Origin: Lama guanicoe
Lineage: Eukaryota
DNA: 64,000 nt
Direction: 5' to 3'
Assembly (NCBI GenBank): GCA_013239625.1
Contig: MU056000.1
Location: forward strand, 10,117,175 to 10,181,174
Under the pieces are notes generated by a model that had not been told where the DNA came from, made no database searches, and was given only the letters and a program-made list of their open reading frames with translations. The translations under genes and the position numbers were made by a program. This document shows positions 12,716 through 25,800 of this stretch, one piece after another. The number at the start of each line of letters is the position of its first letter. The first letter of the stretch is position 1.

Positions 12716-15684
12716 GTGCTCAATGAATAATGATTGAACTAATGAATGGAAGGAAGGAGAGAAAGATAAAAAGACAGAGAGGGAAAATAGTCAACTTTGA
12801 TTTCCCCCTTTCTCAGAGTCAGAGCTCTGTGACTGAATGGGAGGGGTGGGGTCAAAGGGAGGGTGAGGCAGCTGGGTAAGGCCAGGGACAAACACCTGGC
12901 AGACATGAGAGGCCCACGGGAGGGATGAGGCGGGGCCTCGGGCGGCCCTGCAGATGGCACGTGACCCCGCCCGTGGGCAGGTCTTTGCTGCACCTGCAGG
13001 GGAAGTTCAGTCCCTCTACTCTGTCAAGTCCCTTGATGACGGTGAGGATGTCCTCTGACCAGTGTCACCAGGCTAGGGGAAGGGAACCTTCCGTCCTTTC
13101 TCCTGGAAGGTGCCAGCCAGCATGCTAGTACACTTGTGTTTTAAGGAGGCCCTGTGAAGGTGGAAAGCTCGGCTGGTGCCAGCCTGCAGCGTCCTGGCCA
13201 TGAGAGGACACGCTGACTGGCTGGGGGATGAGCTGACTTTTACTTACGAAGCCTGAAGTGAGTAAACCAGGCATTGCAACATTATTTTTGAGGCTGAGCA
13301 TATCCAGGGTCTACAGAAGTTGTTTTCTTTTGCACAGTATTGTTTTATTCCCAATTATGTATTTATAAGAGGCTGTGTCTGTAACACGTGGGATTTCTAA
13401 TAACCATGAACATTAAATTTAGCATTGTTCCTGCAGCGAATGAAACATGAGGTCTTCCTTGAAATAACTGACCTGTTCTGTCGGTTGTCTGGGTCATCTC
13501 TTGTTGGGACAGGCCGACTCTCCCAGTGGGCACACCAGGGGCAGTGTTGCCAGACCTCCCCCGGGGAGAGCACAGCTGAAGGGCTGGCTGGGAGGTGGGG
13601 AGGGTCCGGAGCTCTCCTCCCTTGCCTTCACATCCCCAGTGCTTGAGGTGGGAGTCAAGGGTGTAGTGCAGGGGAAGTGTCTTCAGAACGGGGAAACTTT
13701 CCTAAAACAGGCTCCTGTGATGCCACGAGTTGAGGCATGAGGCAGCTTCGGGGGAAACAGGCAGAAGGAGGAAATACTGTGTCATTTAAAGCACTGCGTG
13801 TTCAGGCCAGCCTTGTTTTGTTCACACCCCTCAGTCCTTGAGGAATTTCAGGCCTTCTGGTCATTCCCCTCAGAAAGCCTTCAGGAAGTGCATTGATGTC
13901 TAAAAGGGGAGGGAACCGACTCTGCGATGGCCGCTTGGAAAGTTAAAAGGGGAGTGTTTCCTATAAATCACGAGGAGAAAGTCTAGAAACAACACCTTGT
14001 TGACCTGAGAAAGGACGGGCGTCCTTGGTGCCTGTGACGTGGAGTCCTCGCCTGGGTCGTTGTTCCCTCGGGAACCTCGATGCCGGCCCCATCTTCTCGC
14101 TTGTGGGTTTGAGTGTAGATTATTTCTTCTAAGTGGCATGCTCCGGCTTTTGTATTTAATGCAGTCAATTAGGAAGGATGTTCCTGTGTCTCAGTGTTCT
14201 CAGGACTGTGTTCCTCTAAGCTCTGTAGGAAATGGCCAGTGAGAGACAACACCCTCTGAGGGACTTGGTTGGAGGAGAAGACCTGTGTGTAAGAGACGCT
14301 AGAGCGTGGTTTCCACCTTGTATGGAATATGATGAAATTGGATCGGGAGGACTTAAGTTGTATAATAATGATTCTCGCACCTGAATTGTTTAGTTTAGAT
14401 ATTAAATTTAGGGAAAACCTTTATCTTTGTTCTTCAGCCTTAAGTGAGAAGTTATGGTGTAATAATAAAGTTAGTTTTTTGATGTGATGGGAAAGTCTCT
14501 TAAGAGTAAAATTAGAATCCAGTTTTGCTAATGTTACATTTGTTACATTTGAAACTCATTGCATACAACTCATATTAATATCTAGCAAAATATTCCGTGA
14601 TAGAGGCCCCTAAGAGTTGGTATCTGAGCTCGCCTGGAGGTCAGAGGGAGGGCGAGGGTCTGTGTGAGGGGAGGCTAGTGAGAGCTGGGCCCTGTCTAGG
14701 TTTCTGATGGCCCATTTCTGAATGGAGGAAACCCCACACCTCACCTCCACCCCTAATAAAAAAGAAGGAGGAGAAAAAGGTTGGTTTTCATTATTACTTG
14801 GTTAGGTTTGGGAGGAAATTGTGTCTGTTTTAATGTAATTTTCTGCACCTAGAGTTTTAACTCTGCTGTGTTGTGTGTGGATCTGTCAGGGGCAGGTCCC
14901 CCCTAGACAGCTGTGACCATTGTCAGAGAAGACTGCCCAGAGTCAGAGACTTTGTTTCCCGTTCAGTCTTCCCAGGGTCCACACTGCGTTGGTGCACAGA
15001 ATCTATTTTTGAAGTGGACAGATGATCTTCTGAGCCATGAATGTGTGAGCCTGTGATTGGCAGCCTGTGTACTGGGATCGGACGACAAATGGCCTGGGAA
15101 TGTTGAGGAGAGGACACGTAGTGTAGCAGCAGCCGCGCATAGCCTCACATCCCTGGGCTCAGAGGCTGGAGAGGACTGGAAAAACCTCACTGTACGCGGT
15201 CTCGTTTCTCGCAGTCATGTGAACTTTGCGGAGGTGGCATGTGGATTTAACTGCAGGTAATTTACATGGGCGCAAATCCCATCAGTTTGAATAAGCTCTT
15301 TAGAATGAAATTGATACCTGCTTTATCACCGCTTGTACTTACAGAACTGTTTTGACTTTAGAGGAATTTACTTGTTAGAACCGTTTTCTCTCCCGTGAGT
15401 GTTGTTTGGATATATCAAATTATAATTGGTGGGGTCAAGCCATTCTAATTGTAGGCTGTGACAAACCAAAGTCTGGACAGGAAATTTTACATGTATACTT
15501 ATGAAATCAAAGGGACTAAAGTTAAGATGTATTTAATAAGGAAGTTCAAACCATCCTGCTTACCTGAGACGTCGCCTATGATGTCTAAATTTATAATATC
15601 AATTATGATACATAGACTTTATATATTTAAAATAGACTTAAGATAAAAATAAAACATAGAAGTGTATGTTTGATCTAGAACAAG

Positions 15685-15840
15685 AGTGGGTACTGTTTTT
15701 GTGAGTGCCAGATAGTGAGTATTCTAGGCTTTGTGGACGCATTGGTCTCTGTCCCTGCGACTCAGACCACAGTTGCAGCTGAGAATCAGTATTTGGGGAG
15801 AACGGACTTGTCCCCTGGGTCCCTGTTTGCTGGTCCCTTC
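15685..15840. mobile_element. MER58A-like hAT MITE
   Basis: gccagatagtgagtattctaggctttgtggac..ggtctctgtc..gactca..gtttgctggtccct resembles MER58A. Confidence 0.7.
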
Positions 15841-16814
15841 CTACAATGTTGTCTTAAGACTTGGGAGAAGAGGTGGAGCGGGCAGCTTCTAGCACCTGTC
15901 CCAGGAGTTTCCTTTAGATGTGCCGTGATGTAATTTTCACCGCCCTGGACCAGTCCAGGTAATCATGCCCCACTTTAATGGGTTTCCCTGTACCTTTAGG
16001 AAGACAGTGTTCAAGGCTGGATCTCGGTGACTCTTTCTTTACAGCAGTGCATGGTTCCTGACTCCTGCAGACCCACCTTCCCTGTTTATATAACATACAG
16101 TGAAATGCTTCCTTTACGATTCTGAAATGTAATTAATGCGTAATTTAAAAATCAAAACAATGCTTTAAGTAACAAAAAAGAAATGAAATAAATGCAACTT
16201 GTAAACATTCATTTAAGTATATGGATGCCCAGATAATAACTATACACTAGAACAGTGGTAATGGAAATGCTGGTCCGAGGGGACAGCGTGTGTCTGTAAA
16301 TCCTCTAGCAGCTTCCTTCATTGAGTCTTGCTGTGGAAAAACAGTCCGCTGAACAAACTCTGTTTAAATGCAGAAAGGTGCTAATGAACTTGTGGACTTG
16401 CCACTGGTCTTCAGATGACATTGTGGTAGCCCTGCTCTAGAATATGTGACTATGTTTCCACCTGTTTGCACCCATGTATAGAATCTCCATGAGCAAAAGT
16501 TCCACGGAGGCCACTTGTTCCTCATGTGTTGTGCTGGTGACTCCGAGACCTTGAGTCACGTTGCTGCTGGTGACATAATTTCTCAGGTGAGCAGCTCTTG
16601 GTACATTTCCAAACCAGATAGAGATTTCCCCCATTTACAGGTTGTTCTCCAGAAAAATATAGTGTATAGAAATGTGGCCCCAAAATTGTTTCTGCATGAA
16701 ATAGAGTTAGGTTGTAAACCCAGGATTTTCACTTCCTTGAGTATCTGGCAAGACACTGGAAAGTCAGGGAAGATGCTTAGTGACAGGTGTGTGTGTGCAG
16801 GTGTGTGTGTGTGC

Positions 16815-16951
16815 ATGTTGGCAGGGGCTGTCCGATGCAGTGGTGTCCAGCATTCCTGGCTTTCATCCTCTAAGTGCTAGTAGTGTCTCCTCCTGCCCCG
16901 CCCCCCCCATCCTTGTGACAGCTACAAACACCCGCACAGATTCCCAAATGT
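16815..16951. mobile_element. MER20 hAT MITE fragment
   Basis: ggggctgtcc..cagcattcctggc..tgctagtag..ttgtgaca..cagattcccaaatgt resembles MER20. Confidence 0.7.
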
Positions 16952-18949
16952 AGATGAATGAAGGAATGTGGAGGTGAGGATCGGGGAGCATGTTCGTCAC
17001 AGGGGTGGGTGTCAGTAATGGGTGCTGTGCTGTGCTCAGGTGCAGGTGGGCTGCGGAGGGAGCAGTTAACCCTCTGCCTGAGCTTCCTCGAGCCTCTTCT
17101 CCCCCTTCTCATGTGCTCCTTCTCTGCCTTTCCTTTCCGCCCCCAGTTTTGCCCCGTTCTGCCTGGTCCTTTCTCTTTTCTGTCATTCTCTAGGGTAAAC
17201 TTCCTTGTCTTGATGTTCTAACGTACCAGCTAGTCTTACCATTTGCAAGGTATGTTGGAAACACTTTATTACAGATAGTAATCAAAGCACCGACATTTGC
17301 AACGCACTTTTCCCAATATCACTCGCTTCCCTATTGATTTTAGATTTGGGGCTGGAGAGAAAGCGGCGGAGTGCAGGCTCCTTCCTGTCACGATGCTCCG
17401 GGGGGCTCCCTTGCCCGTCACAGGAGGTGGCTGGAGGACTGAACTTGAAAGATAGAGCTTGTGAGTTACTTGCCAACGCCTGCTCCCTGCGTTTAGTGGT
17501 AGATGTTACAGAGGAGGCAGAAACAAAGCCCTGTCTCCCATGTTCCCTATCGTTTGGTATTTTAACCATGTAAAGGTTTAGAAAGGTACTTCGCTTCAGC
17601 AACTTCTCACTCTGCGATGTGACCCTGTGATGCTGAGTACTGACGAACAGGTCCATTTTTCAGCGGGGGCCCTCCCCCATCCACTTCCCTCTGCGGGCCA
17701 GACCCTTTGGTGCTCTGTGAGTCTGAGTGTGAAAGTGTGTGTTGGAAGGGAGAGTGGTTACTGCTGTTGTGTCTGAAACAAGTTAAGGTTATATTTGGTG
17801 AACCAACTTTGGCTATTTGGTTGATTTTTACGGGTTTCACAGTTGAGCAGTAATGAGTCATAATCACTACTTAATCGTCTCAAGCCAGAAGGTGGATGTG
17901 TTTTTTTCTTGGACCCTCCAGGCTGTCAGTGAAGGGGAGAAAACCTTTCCTTGGGGTTAAGTTGAAAGTCAGCTGCTGACATCCTTTCCTGGGCTGGTCG
18001 CGCTCTCCTGAGCAGACCTCTTTCTGGGAGCCTCTCTGCCACAGAGGTATGGAGCCAGTCACCAGCTCCACTCTCTACCATTATGAGTTTAATTTGATAA
18101 TACGAGTAGAACATGAAGTATGTAAGTATGAAATGTCTGCAACATAGTAATTTAAAGCTTTTACAAGTTATGGCAGAGTTAGAGAAAGTGGTATGTTTTA
18201 TTGCAGACTCACAATAGGGGTCCTTTCTCATCCTGAGGACTTGTATTCCTTTGAAGAGTCTTTTTTGGCTTAAACCCATGACTGAATTTAATTCTCTATT
18301 TACCCATATTACCATAGATCATTTTGGGGATGGAGGAAGCAAATATTTTTTAAGAACTTACATGTGCAAGATCATACAAAGATTCAGGCCTTCTGGCATA
18401 AAGGTTTAGTTGAAAACATAAGGACTTCATTCTAACAGCAGTGGCGGCAGCAGCCCCCAGCCCCCAGCCCCCGAGATAAGAGCTACAAAAGTTATCTAAT
18501 CCTCACTATGATCCTGCCAGGGTGGGCCTTGTGTTATAGTGCTGACATCAAAGATGAGAGATGCCAAGTGCTTGTGAAGGTCACAGGCTGCTAGGGGCCA
18601 AGTCTGTGTTTTTGGCATTACCCTTCTTGATTGCACATTCCTGTTGTACTGGGCTTGTCTTAGGTTCTTGGACGAGGCAGACATACCCACTGGCCTGGCC
18701 TCCCTTCCTCTGGCTGCAATGAACATGCCCTCCCTGCACCCCAACCCCTTGGTTAAGTTCTAACCACCATTTAAGTTTCATCTTAGATGTGAGCAGATAG
18801 GCATTTCCTAACCTCCACATCAGCTTCTTCCCCCACCCCACTCCCCAGCCTGCAGGATGTCCCCTTGACTTCCTGTAATCCCCAGCTTTCTACTTGTTGC
18901 ATTTATGGTATTAGTTGGGTGATGGGTGCCTACTCTCCTGGACTCTTAG

Positions 18950-19045
18950 CTCAGTGAGGGCAGGAACTGTGTGTCATCCTTGCCTAGCACGTGGCACATG
19001 GTGGGTGTACAGGAGATGGTTTTTAAATGAGTGAAGGGATGTTCA
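18950..19045 (+). mobile_element. L2 LINE 3' end
   Basis: tgagggcaggaactgtgt..tgcctagcacgtggcacatggtgggtgtacag..tgagtgaa is the typical L2 tail. Confidence 0.6.
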
Positions 19046-22000
19046 TACTTCCGTCCACCATGTTCCATGCAACACACACAGAGCAGAAAGCGAGAGAGAG
19101 AGGTGTGCGCAGCCTTCACGTCATGGGCAACAGAATTTAAAACATTGCACACTAAATCATTAAAAAAAGGATATGTTTTCAACATACGCATTTTTGTTTA
19201 CTTAATATGTGCTGTATACTGCAAAAATTCACAAAATTGGTACTTTAAAAAGGATGAAGAAAATTTGAAAACATGGTGTTTCTAATATATTTTTCTGTGT
19301 CACAAAATCAGCTGATGAGAGGACCTACTGTACTGGCAGCTGGGCTGCTGGGGAGTGGGGGCAGGCTTTGCAGGAAGAGGAAGTAACTAAGCTGGTTCTA
19401 GGGTCTAGTGGGATTGGATGGGACAGATCAGAGCCTGGTCTAGGGTGGTAAGTGCAGGGCTCGCGCAGGGAGGGATTCGCATATGGACGGGGTAGGGGAG
19501 ATAAGATTCATCAGAAAGACTGGGACTTGGCTGGGGCTGAGGTCTGATTCTGTTCAAGGTGTAAGACTTCACCATCCTGAAATGACAGGTTATTAAGTTC
19601 TTGAGGAAGCAGATAACTGCCTTCCCCCTATCCTTCAGTAAATACTTTTCCTTCCTTCTCTTATCTTTGAGTGTAGTAGAAATCAGGTGTAATTTATTCT
19701 ATCTCTTTATAAGAACTTGATTAATTTTTTCCCTCCTCTATCAGATACACCTGAAAGATTTACTCTTTGTCATTGTCATTGAAAATGGTGATGAGGTTCC
19801 TGTACAGAGGACGGCACCAAGCCGTGGACTAAGTCCATAGAGAAATACTGGTTGTTTCAGAGGTAGAATAAATGACAGGATAAAAAATGTACAATTCAGT
19901 GTTAACATTTGGACGAGCTAGGCAGTGGCTAGGGGCACCTGGCGGTTGCGACCTTAGAAGCTGGTGGCCAGGCCAGTGGATGGAGGAAGTGCCTCTTCTC
20001 TGGCTGAGCTGTGGGCGGGGCGGCAGCTGCCTTGGTGTGTTTAACCCCACGTTGTGAGACTGCTGGTGATGCTCGTCAGGGGTGGACAGCTCCCCCGAAC
20101 CAGTCTGTAATCTCAGTATCTGTTAGGGGCAATGTTTCCGCCACACTGAGATGGGGGAAATACACTGAGATTGGTAGTTAGAGAATCAATGTTGAAAAAT
20201 CACATTTGGAGTAGTGTAGGGAGTGAAATAAATAGTGAAAATTATTCCTGTTCTAACTATAACACTGTATCTGCAAATAAGGGGAAGCATTGTAATGCTT
20301 GCAGATTGCAGTGCAAAGTGTATTTAGCCTATTTGATGGAAGCAGATATGGCAGTCTGCGAAGAGGAATGTGTAAGTTGTCACAGCAGGTCATTTAACAG
20401 AGGTGTGGGGCATTTAAAAGTGCTTTATATGTAAAAAAAAAACTGAAATGGCTATTACAAAAAATGATCTCATGTGTAAAGCTAAATTATTTTTAAGGAA
20501 TATATAATGCAGAGTATTGATGAGAAAATACTAGTTTGTTTTAGGTTAAAATGCATAATTTTTCTGTTAAAATGATAGTTTATAAAAACTATAAAAGAAA
20601 ATGTACTTTTGCCCTAAATTATATTCCAGTAATGTGGAAATTTTGATCTAAATGAAATATTAATAAGGCTTTAAGAACTTTTTTTTAGGAAACTTAAGGG
20701 GAAAATGGTACCTCTGAAAAACAAAGCAAAACCAAGACAAAATATTATCCATTCTCACGTAGCATATTCAGAATATAAGGAAAACCTAGGAAGTATATTT
20801 TGCTACTTGTAAAACATTTCTTTTCAGTAATTTGTTTTAAGCATCTCATAATACAGTCTAGTTCATTCACACCAACTAACAGATTCTATAAATAAAACAG
20901 ACCCAATCTTATTTTAAAAAAAATGCAGCAGGAAGACCTGGATTTGACTTGGCTGCACTGTCTCCAGTAAGTGGTGATATCTCATCTTTGACCCTCGAGT
21001 CCCTGGTTTCTAAAGTGTAGACCATAAATGTATTTATCTTACAGGCAGGGTTTAGTCATTAGGTTTGGTAATAAACGCTTTGAAAACTGTAAAAGCCTAT
21101 ATAAAATGTAATTGTTTTAGTGATTTAAGGATGGAATGTTGGCCAGTGATCATTCTGCCAGGTCCAAAGGTAGTTTCATTTAAGCAAACTGGAAATCTTC
21201 TAGAAAAAGGAAATATACATATATATATTTTTTTCCAAAGCCAAAATGTGAAAACCATGAATGAAATTTTAACAATGATGTATATCCATTCTAATCTGAG
21301 CATGTATTTGTGGAATGAGTTCATGGAAAGTTGTCAAAAGCTTTTGGGTAGGGAATGTAAGCGTTTTGATGGTTTCACTGCTGAAAGTAAACATTTTTGA
21401 GAAAACTTAGAACTTGCAACTGTCAATTCAATGGACTGATCCAGTTCTGTTAGGTAGATAACCTGTTTAACAAATAATTTATTTATGGTAGGAACCAAGC
21501 TAATTTTATTCAGCTGTTGATTTCTCTGAGCATACGTCTAAATATGAAATTATGATGTTTTGGCCTTTGATGAGGCAGTTTTTAAATTTCTGGTGTTCGG
21601 CACAATGTCCCAGTCATGCATATACACACATACATTTTCATATTTTTGGAGGCAGTTTTAATAAAGGTTTTTTCCAGAGCCTGAAAGGTCCCCGGAAAAT
21701 AAAAATGTAATGGTGATTAAAGGTACTTTCTTTAAATGTGTTCAGAGTCTTAAAATGTTTTCATCTTTTATGCAATGACAGAAAACATTTTATGAAAAAG
21801 AAGTTTATCTTAATTATAAAGTGTATGTGTTTATTCTTCAGGCCTTCGTCTTACAGTAAATCATTTGCCAAAGCCAAGGTAATGAAGACGTTAAGTAGCC
21901 ACCTTTCTGTTCAGTGCATCAAAAAGAACTGTTGGGTTCAGGAATAGTTAGCTTGAATATACGCACTTACTTCTCCAGAGGAATATTTGGCCAAGGTAGT

Positions 22001-22172
22001 GAATACTACTATTTTAGTTACTACTGTATATACCCAAACTTTGTGTGCCTTTAGGAGAGCAGAAATAGTCATACCATATCTATTCAAAGTAATCTCTCCT
22101 CCATTCCAAATGTGTTCTTAATAATCAGTTACAGAATAGTGTTTTTTGAACAATGTCTTTGTAACATTTCCA

Positions 22173-22242
22173 GTCTTTTTTTCCTTTTCTTCCTTTCTTT
22201 CCTTTTCTCTTTCTTTTTTCTTTCTTTCTTTCTTTCTTTCTT

Positions 22243-22273
<31 letters not shown>

Positions 22274-22328
22274 ACTCTCTCTCTTCTCTCTCTCTCTCTC
22301 TCTCTCAATCTCTTTCTCTTTCTTTCTT
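22173..22328. repeat. Compound (TTTC)n/(CT)n pyrimidine microsatellite
   Basis: Directly visible; abuts the tail end of an antisense L1. Confidence 0.95.
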
Positions 22329-22334
22329 TAGTTT

Positions 22335-22830
22335 TGGCCAACTTTATTAGGATATAACTGACATAGCATAAAAATCACCTATTTAAAGTGGATTGGATTC
22401 AGTGACTTTTTAGTGTATTCAAAGTTGCATGACCATCATTACAGTTGGTCAACTTTAGAACACCTTCATTGTCAGAAAGAAACCCCACACTGCTAACCTT
22501 CAACCCTTCAGTCTTCCCACCCCTTCCAGTCTTTTTTTTTTTTTTTTAAACCCAGGACCTCATGCATACTAAGCATGCACTCTACCATTTGAGCTATACC
22601 CCCTGCAGTCCTAGGCAGCTGCTGCACTACTTTCTCTGTGGATTTGCCTGTGAAACAGCTTGTTTCATAACTTGAGAAATGTATACAGAGGGATGTTTCC
22701 AGCCTTCCTCTGATTGCAGTGCAGTAACGTGGTGCACCTGTATAAGCCGCTGAGACCCCTGCCTGCCTGCTCGGCATTACAGTTTTTCCTCTGATAGCAT
22801 CCCAGTGTTCTTTCCCTTTGGTCCCCGTGT
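22335..22830 (-). mobile_element. Old L1 (L1MB-like) 3' end, interrupted by a SINE
   Basis: aactttattaggatataactgacata..tttaaagtg..ttttagtgtattca..tttagaaca..agaaacccc is the typical antisense L1M 3' UTR. It resumes after 22603 (ctaggcagc..ctactttctctgtggatttgcct). Confidence 0.7.
22532..22603 (-). mobile_element. Short tRNA-derived SINE (camelid Vic-1-like), 3' truncated, with poly-A
   Basis: Minus strand reads GGGGGTATAGCTCAAATGGTAGAGTGCATGCTTAGTATGCATGAGGTCCTGGGTTT followed by A16; A-box present, B-box incomplete. Confidence 0.85.
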
Positions 22831-25800
22831 GGTGGCTGATGCATGACTAAGAAGGGCAGGGAGGGTATAGCGGTACATAGTGCTGCTGTAGGTGTGGTGT
22901 GAGGTGAGGCTGGGAGGACATGGCTTGCATGATGCGTTGAACAGCAGAGAATTTGTGCAGACAGCCTGACCAGGCACGCTGGAGTTGTGTGTGCACACGT
23001 GGTGCGCACACCTGCTGTTTCCAGCAGTTGTTGGGTGGAAGTCAACAGTTGTAGCCTGGACACAGGTGGCAGTGAACATGACAGTGGAAGATGAGATCTG
23101 AGCAGTCACCGAGCTCACTGACCAGCTTGGTGCTTAAAATGCCTGAGTGGCCCCAGCTTAGCGGCTTCGTCTCCATCCCGGTGGACAGAGGGCATTGATA
23201 GATAATGAGCTGGCCGATAGTATTGGTCAGGACTTGAAAAGGGAGGTGGGCTACAAGCTGAGACCAGACCTGCCGGTCTGGTTTTAATTTAGAATTTGCT
23301 ACAATTTGAAGTAGAATTCACGACTCAACTATTTCTCTTCTTTCTCAGCATCAATGCTATTATTACTGGTTGGGCAAAATTACCTTAAAAGCATTACTTT
23401 GGGTAGTTATTTTATTTTACTTTATTCTAGCCACTGCCCCTGTCCTGCCTGCCTATTATCAATTAAACATGCAGGAAAAGCCTATGTATGTTCTCCTTTT
23501 TATTTTCTGTGACTTAAAGTGATTATAGTTTTCAGACAAACTCAGAGCTGTAGAGTGGAATTTACATGTGAGAAAGTGGAGTTTGGGTCAGATTTCTTGA
23601 AATACTGGGCATATCACAGATTTTAAGAGGAATTAAATTAGAAGAATGCTCAGCGATTTTGTTTTCAAGGGGCTGCAGCAGGTGTTGGAGGTGAACGGAC
23701 TACCTGCATGCTGGGAAGGGCTTTCTGTGAGTAAGAAGGTAATTAAGTGTGGTGAAGAAAAGTATTTCAATGTTTTCTTTGAAGCCGATTTTAACCCTTT
23801 CAATTAATTGGTTCATTACTTTAAAACACTTAAAGAGCATCAGTGACAGGGTCTTTCCCTATCTTGTGGTGCAGTAATGAGTAAACTCTGCATGCTGTGA
23901 CTCTGGTTCCCAGGGTCAGCGCTCTGTCACCTCACATGGACTCACGTGCAGCCTGTGCAGGGGCGGCCAAGGAGGCAGGGGCTTGATGGGCGCACTGTCT
24001 CTTGCTCTGGTTGAAAATCTCCATGTGCATATAATCCAGGACTGTAATAAAAAGAGAATTCAGTGTACATCCTTTTTAAAATGTAACTTTTTATGCTCTT
24101 TTTTCCATTCACATAAATAATTCAGTAAGTGATCCTTAAGCTAAAGTCTTGCAATGCAGCTTTGTGAAGAGCCTGGGAACACAACTGTAGTGCTTTCTGC
24201 CTGGTCTTGAATGGTGTTGCCTGGAGCTGAGAAGTCCCTGGTTTCAAGTCTCTGGTTTAACCTTGAGTTAATTAACCCCTTGCAGACCTCTGTTTTCTCA
24301 TGGAAAATAGGTAGAAAAACAGGCACTTCTTAGGATAAGGAGAAATGCCAGCTGATGGTATCCGTTCAGTGAGTGGCGATGCCAAATGTAATGATAATGT
24401 TGTTTTTGTTGTTCATCTTATTTTCGTATAGGACAGAAGAGGAGGGTACACATAATCTGAAATTGTTGGCCATAGACTTGAGATTTGGAGCAGAATGCCT
24501 AGGGTGTTTTGTGTAGTCAATAAAGTAAAAAAAAATACTGAAAATTCAAATATTAAACTGCCAAAATAACTCCAGAATATATAAATGGCATTCTAACAAA
24601 TTATGTTTATATGTTTTTGATGGAAGGTAAGAATTATTTTGTAATTTTCTTTTCTGATTAGCTGTACAGACCTCCTATCCCCCACTCCCCCTGCCCCCCA
24701 GCCTTTCTCAGTGCTTGTGTGAGCTTCCAAATAAAGCTGGTATTCCTCCTCCTATACTTGGTTGAAATGTACAGGATAAGAATTAGGTGCAGTGATTCAG
24801 TCTGCAGTGGCAGCTTTCATGCGTCTCAAAGTCTGGAGCCTTGGTCTCTTAGTTGAAAAGAAATTCATCAGCATAGCAACGTGAAGAAATAGCATTCATC
24901 CCCCACTGCCCTCCGCAGCCCCTGACTTGTCTTCACCAGGCGCTTGACTGGGAATTGATCTCCCTATTTAACCCTCCCTGACCCCGTCAGGTGCCACCCA
25001 TTTCACAGATGGGGACTCTGAGGCCCAAGGCCACCCAGCTGCGGAACAGAGTTCCGATTGGGTTGAGCCAACTCAAAAATCCCACATTCTTTCCACCATT
25101 GTCTGCCTCATGCTCCGTGGAGAGGAAGATACAGAAACATATATAACTGTGAAATTCACAATGGAAGTAGGAATTTCAGTTCAACAAACATCAGAGGATG
25201 GATGGAGAACTGTACGGGGTCTAAAGAGAGAGCATCTCTCTGTCTGCATTGCCCCCTCTCCTCCCTAGGAAAGGCTTCATGAAGTTTTGAGTCCAGACTT
25301 AATAGAAGGATGGCGAGGCGGAGACAGTGATAAGAGCAGAAGGAATAGTTTCCCGATTATGAAGTAAATTCACACAGTTTATAAATTTTTCGAGACTACC
25401 CCAACTGTCCGTCTAGAATGTCCCCTAGGTTTTCCTGTCTCTCTAACTGTTCCTTCCTAAACTCTTTGCCAGGCTTTCCTTCCTTTGAAACATAAATTTT
25501 GCTGTTTTTCAGAATTTTGTCCTTAATCTGTGAGTAATCAGTTTTCAGATAGTAATAATAAAAGTTAATAGGAATCATACAGGTTTCTGGAATAAGGCTT
25601 TAGAAACTAAATCCAGCATGAAGTTTATTTGCTTTTATGAATGTGACGTGGTTATGTTGGTTTATTCTAGCAAAGAAGTGATTTCTGAAAACGGGGTTAG
25701 CTTTTATCTACTAAATGCAGTTCAGTAGGGAGATAGTTTCAAATCAGGAGCTTCACAGTGGGGATAAACGAAGACAGAAGGGTTCTTGGTGGCTGGAAGA

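Noticed and set aside
16552..17860. Scattered TGAGTCA AP-1 sites (16552, ~17854)
   Set aside because: Isolated 7-mers occur several times by chance in 64 kb; no supporting cluster.
22112..22357. Phe/Leu/Ser-rich and Lys/Glu/Arg-rich ORFs
   Set aside because: Translations of the (TTTC)n/(CT)n microsatellite.
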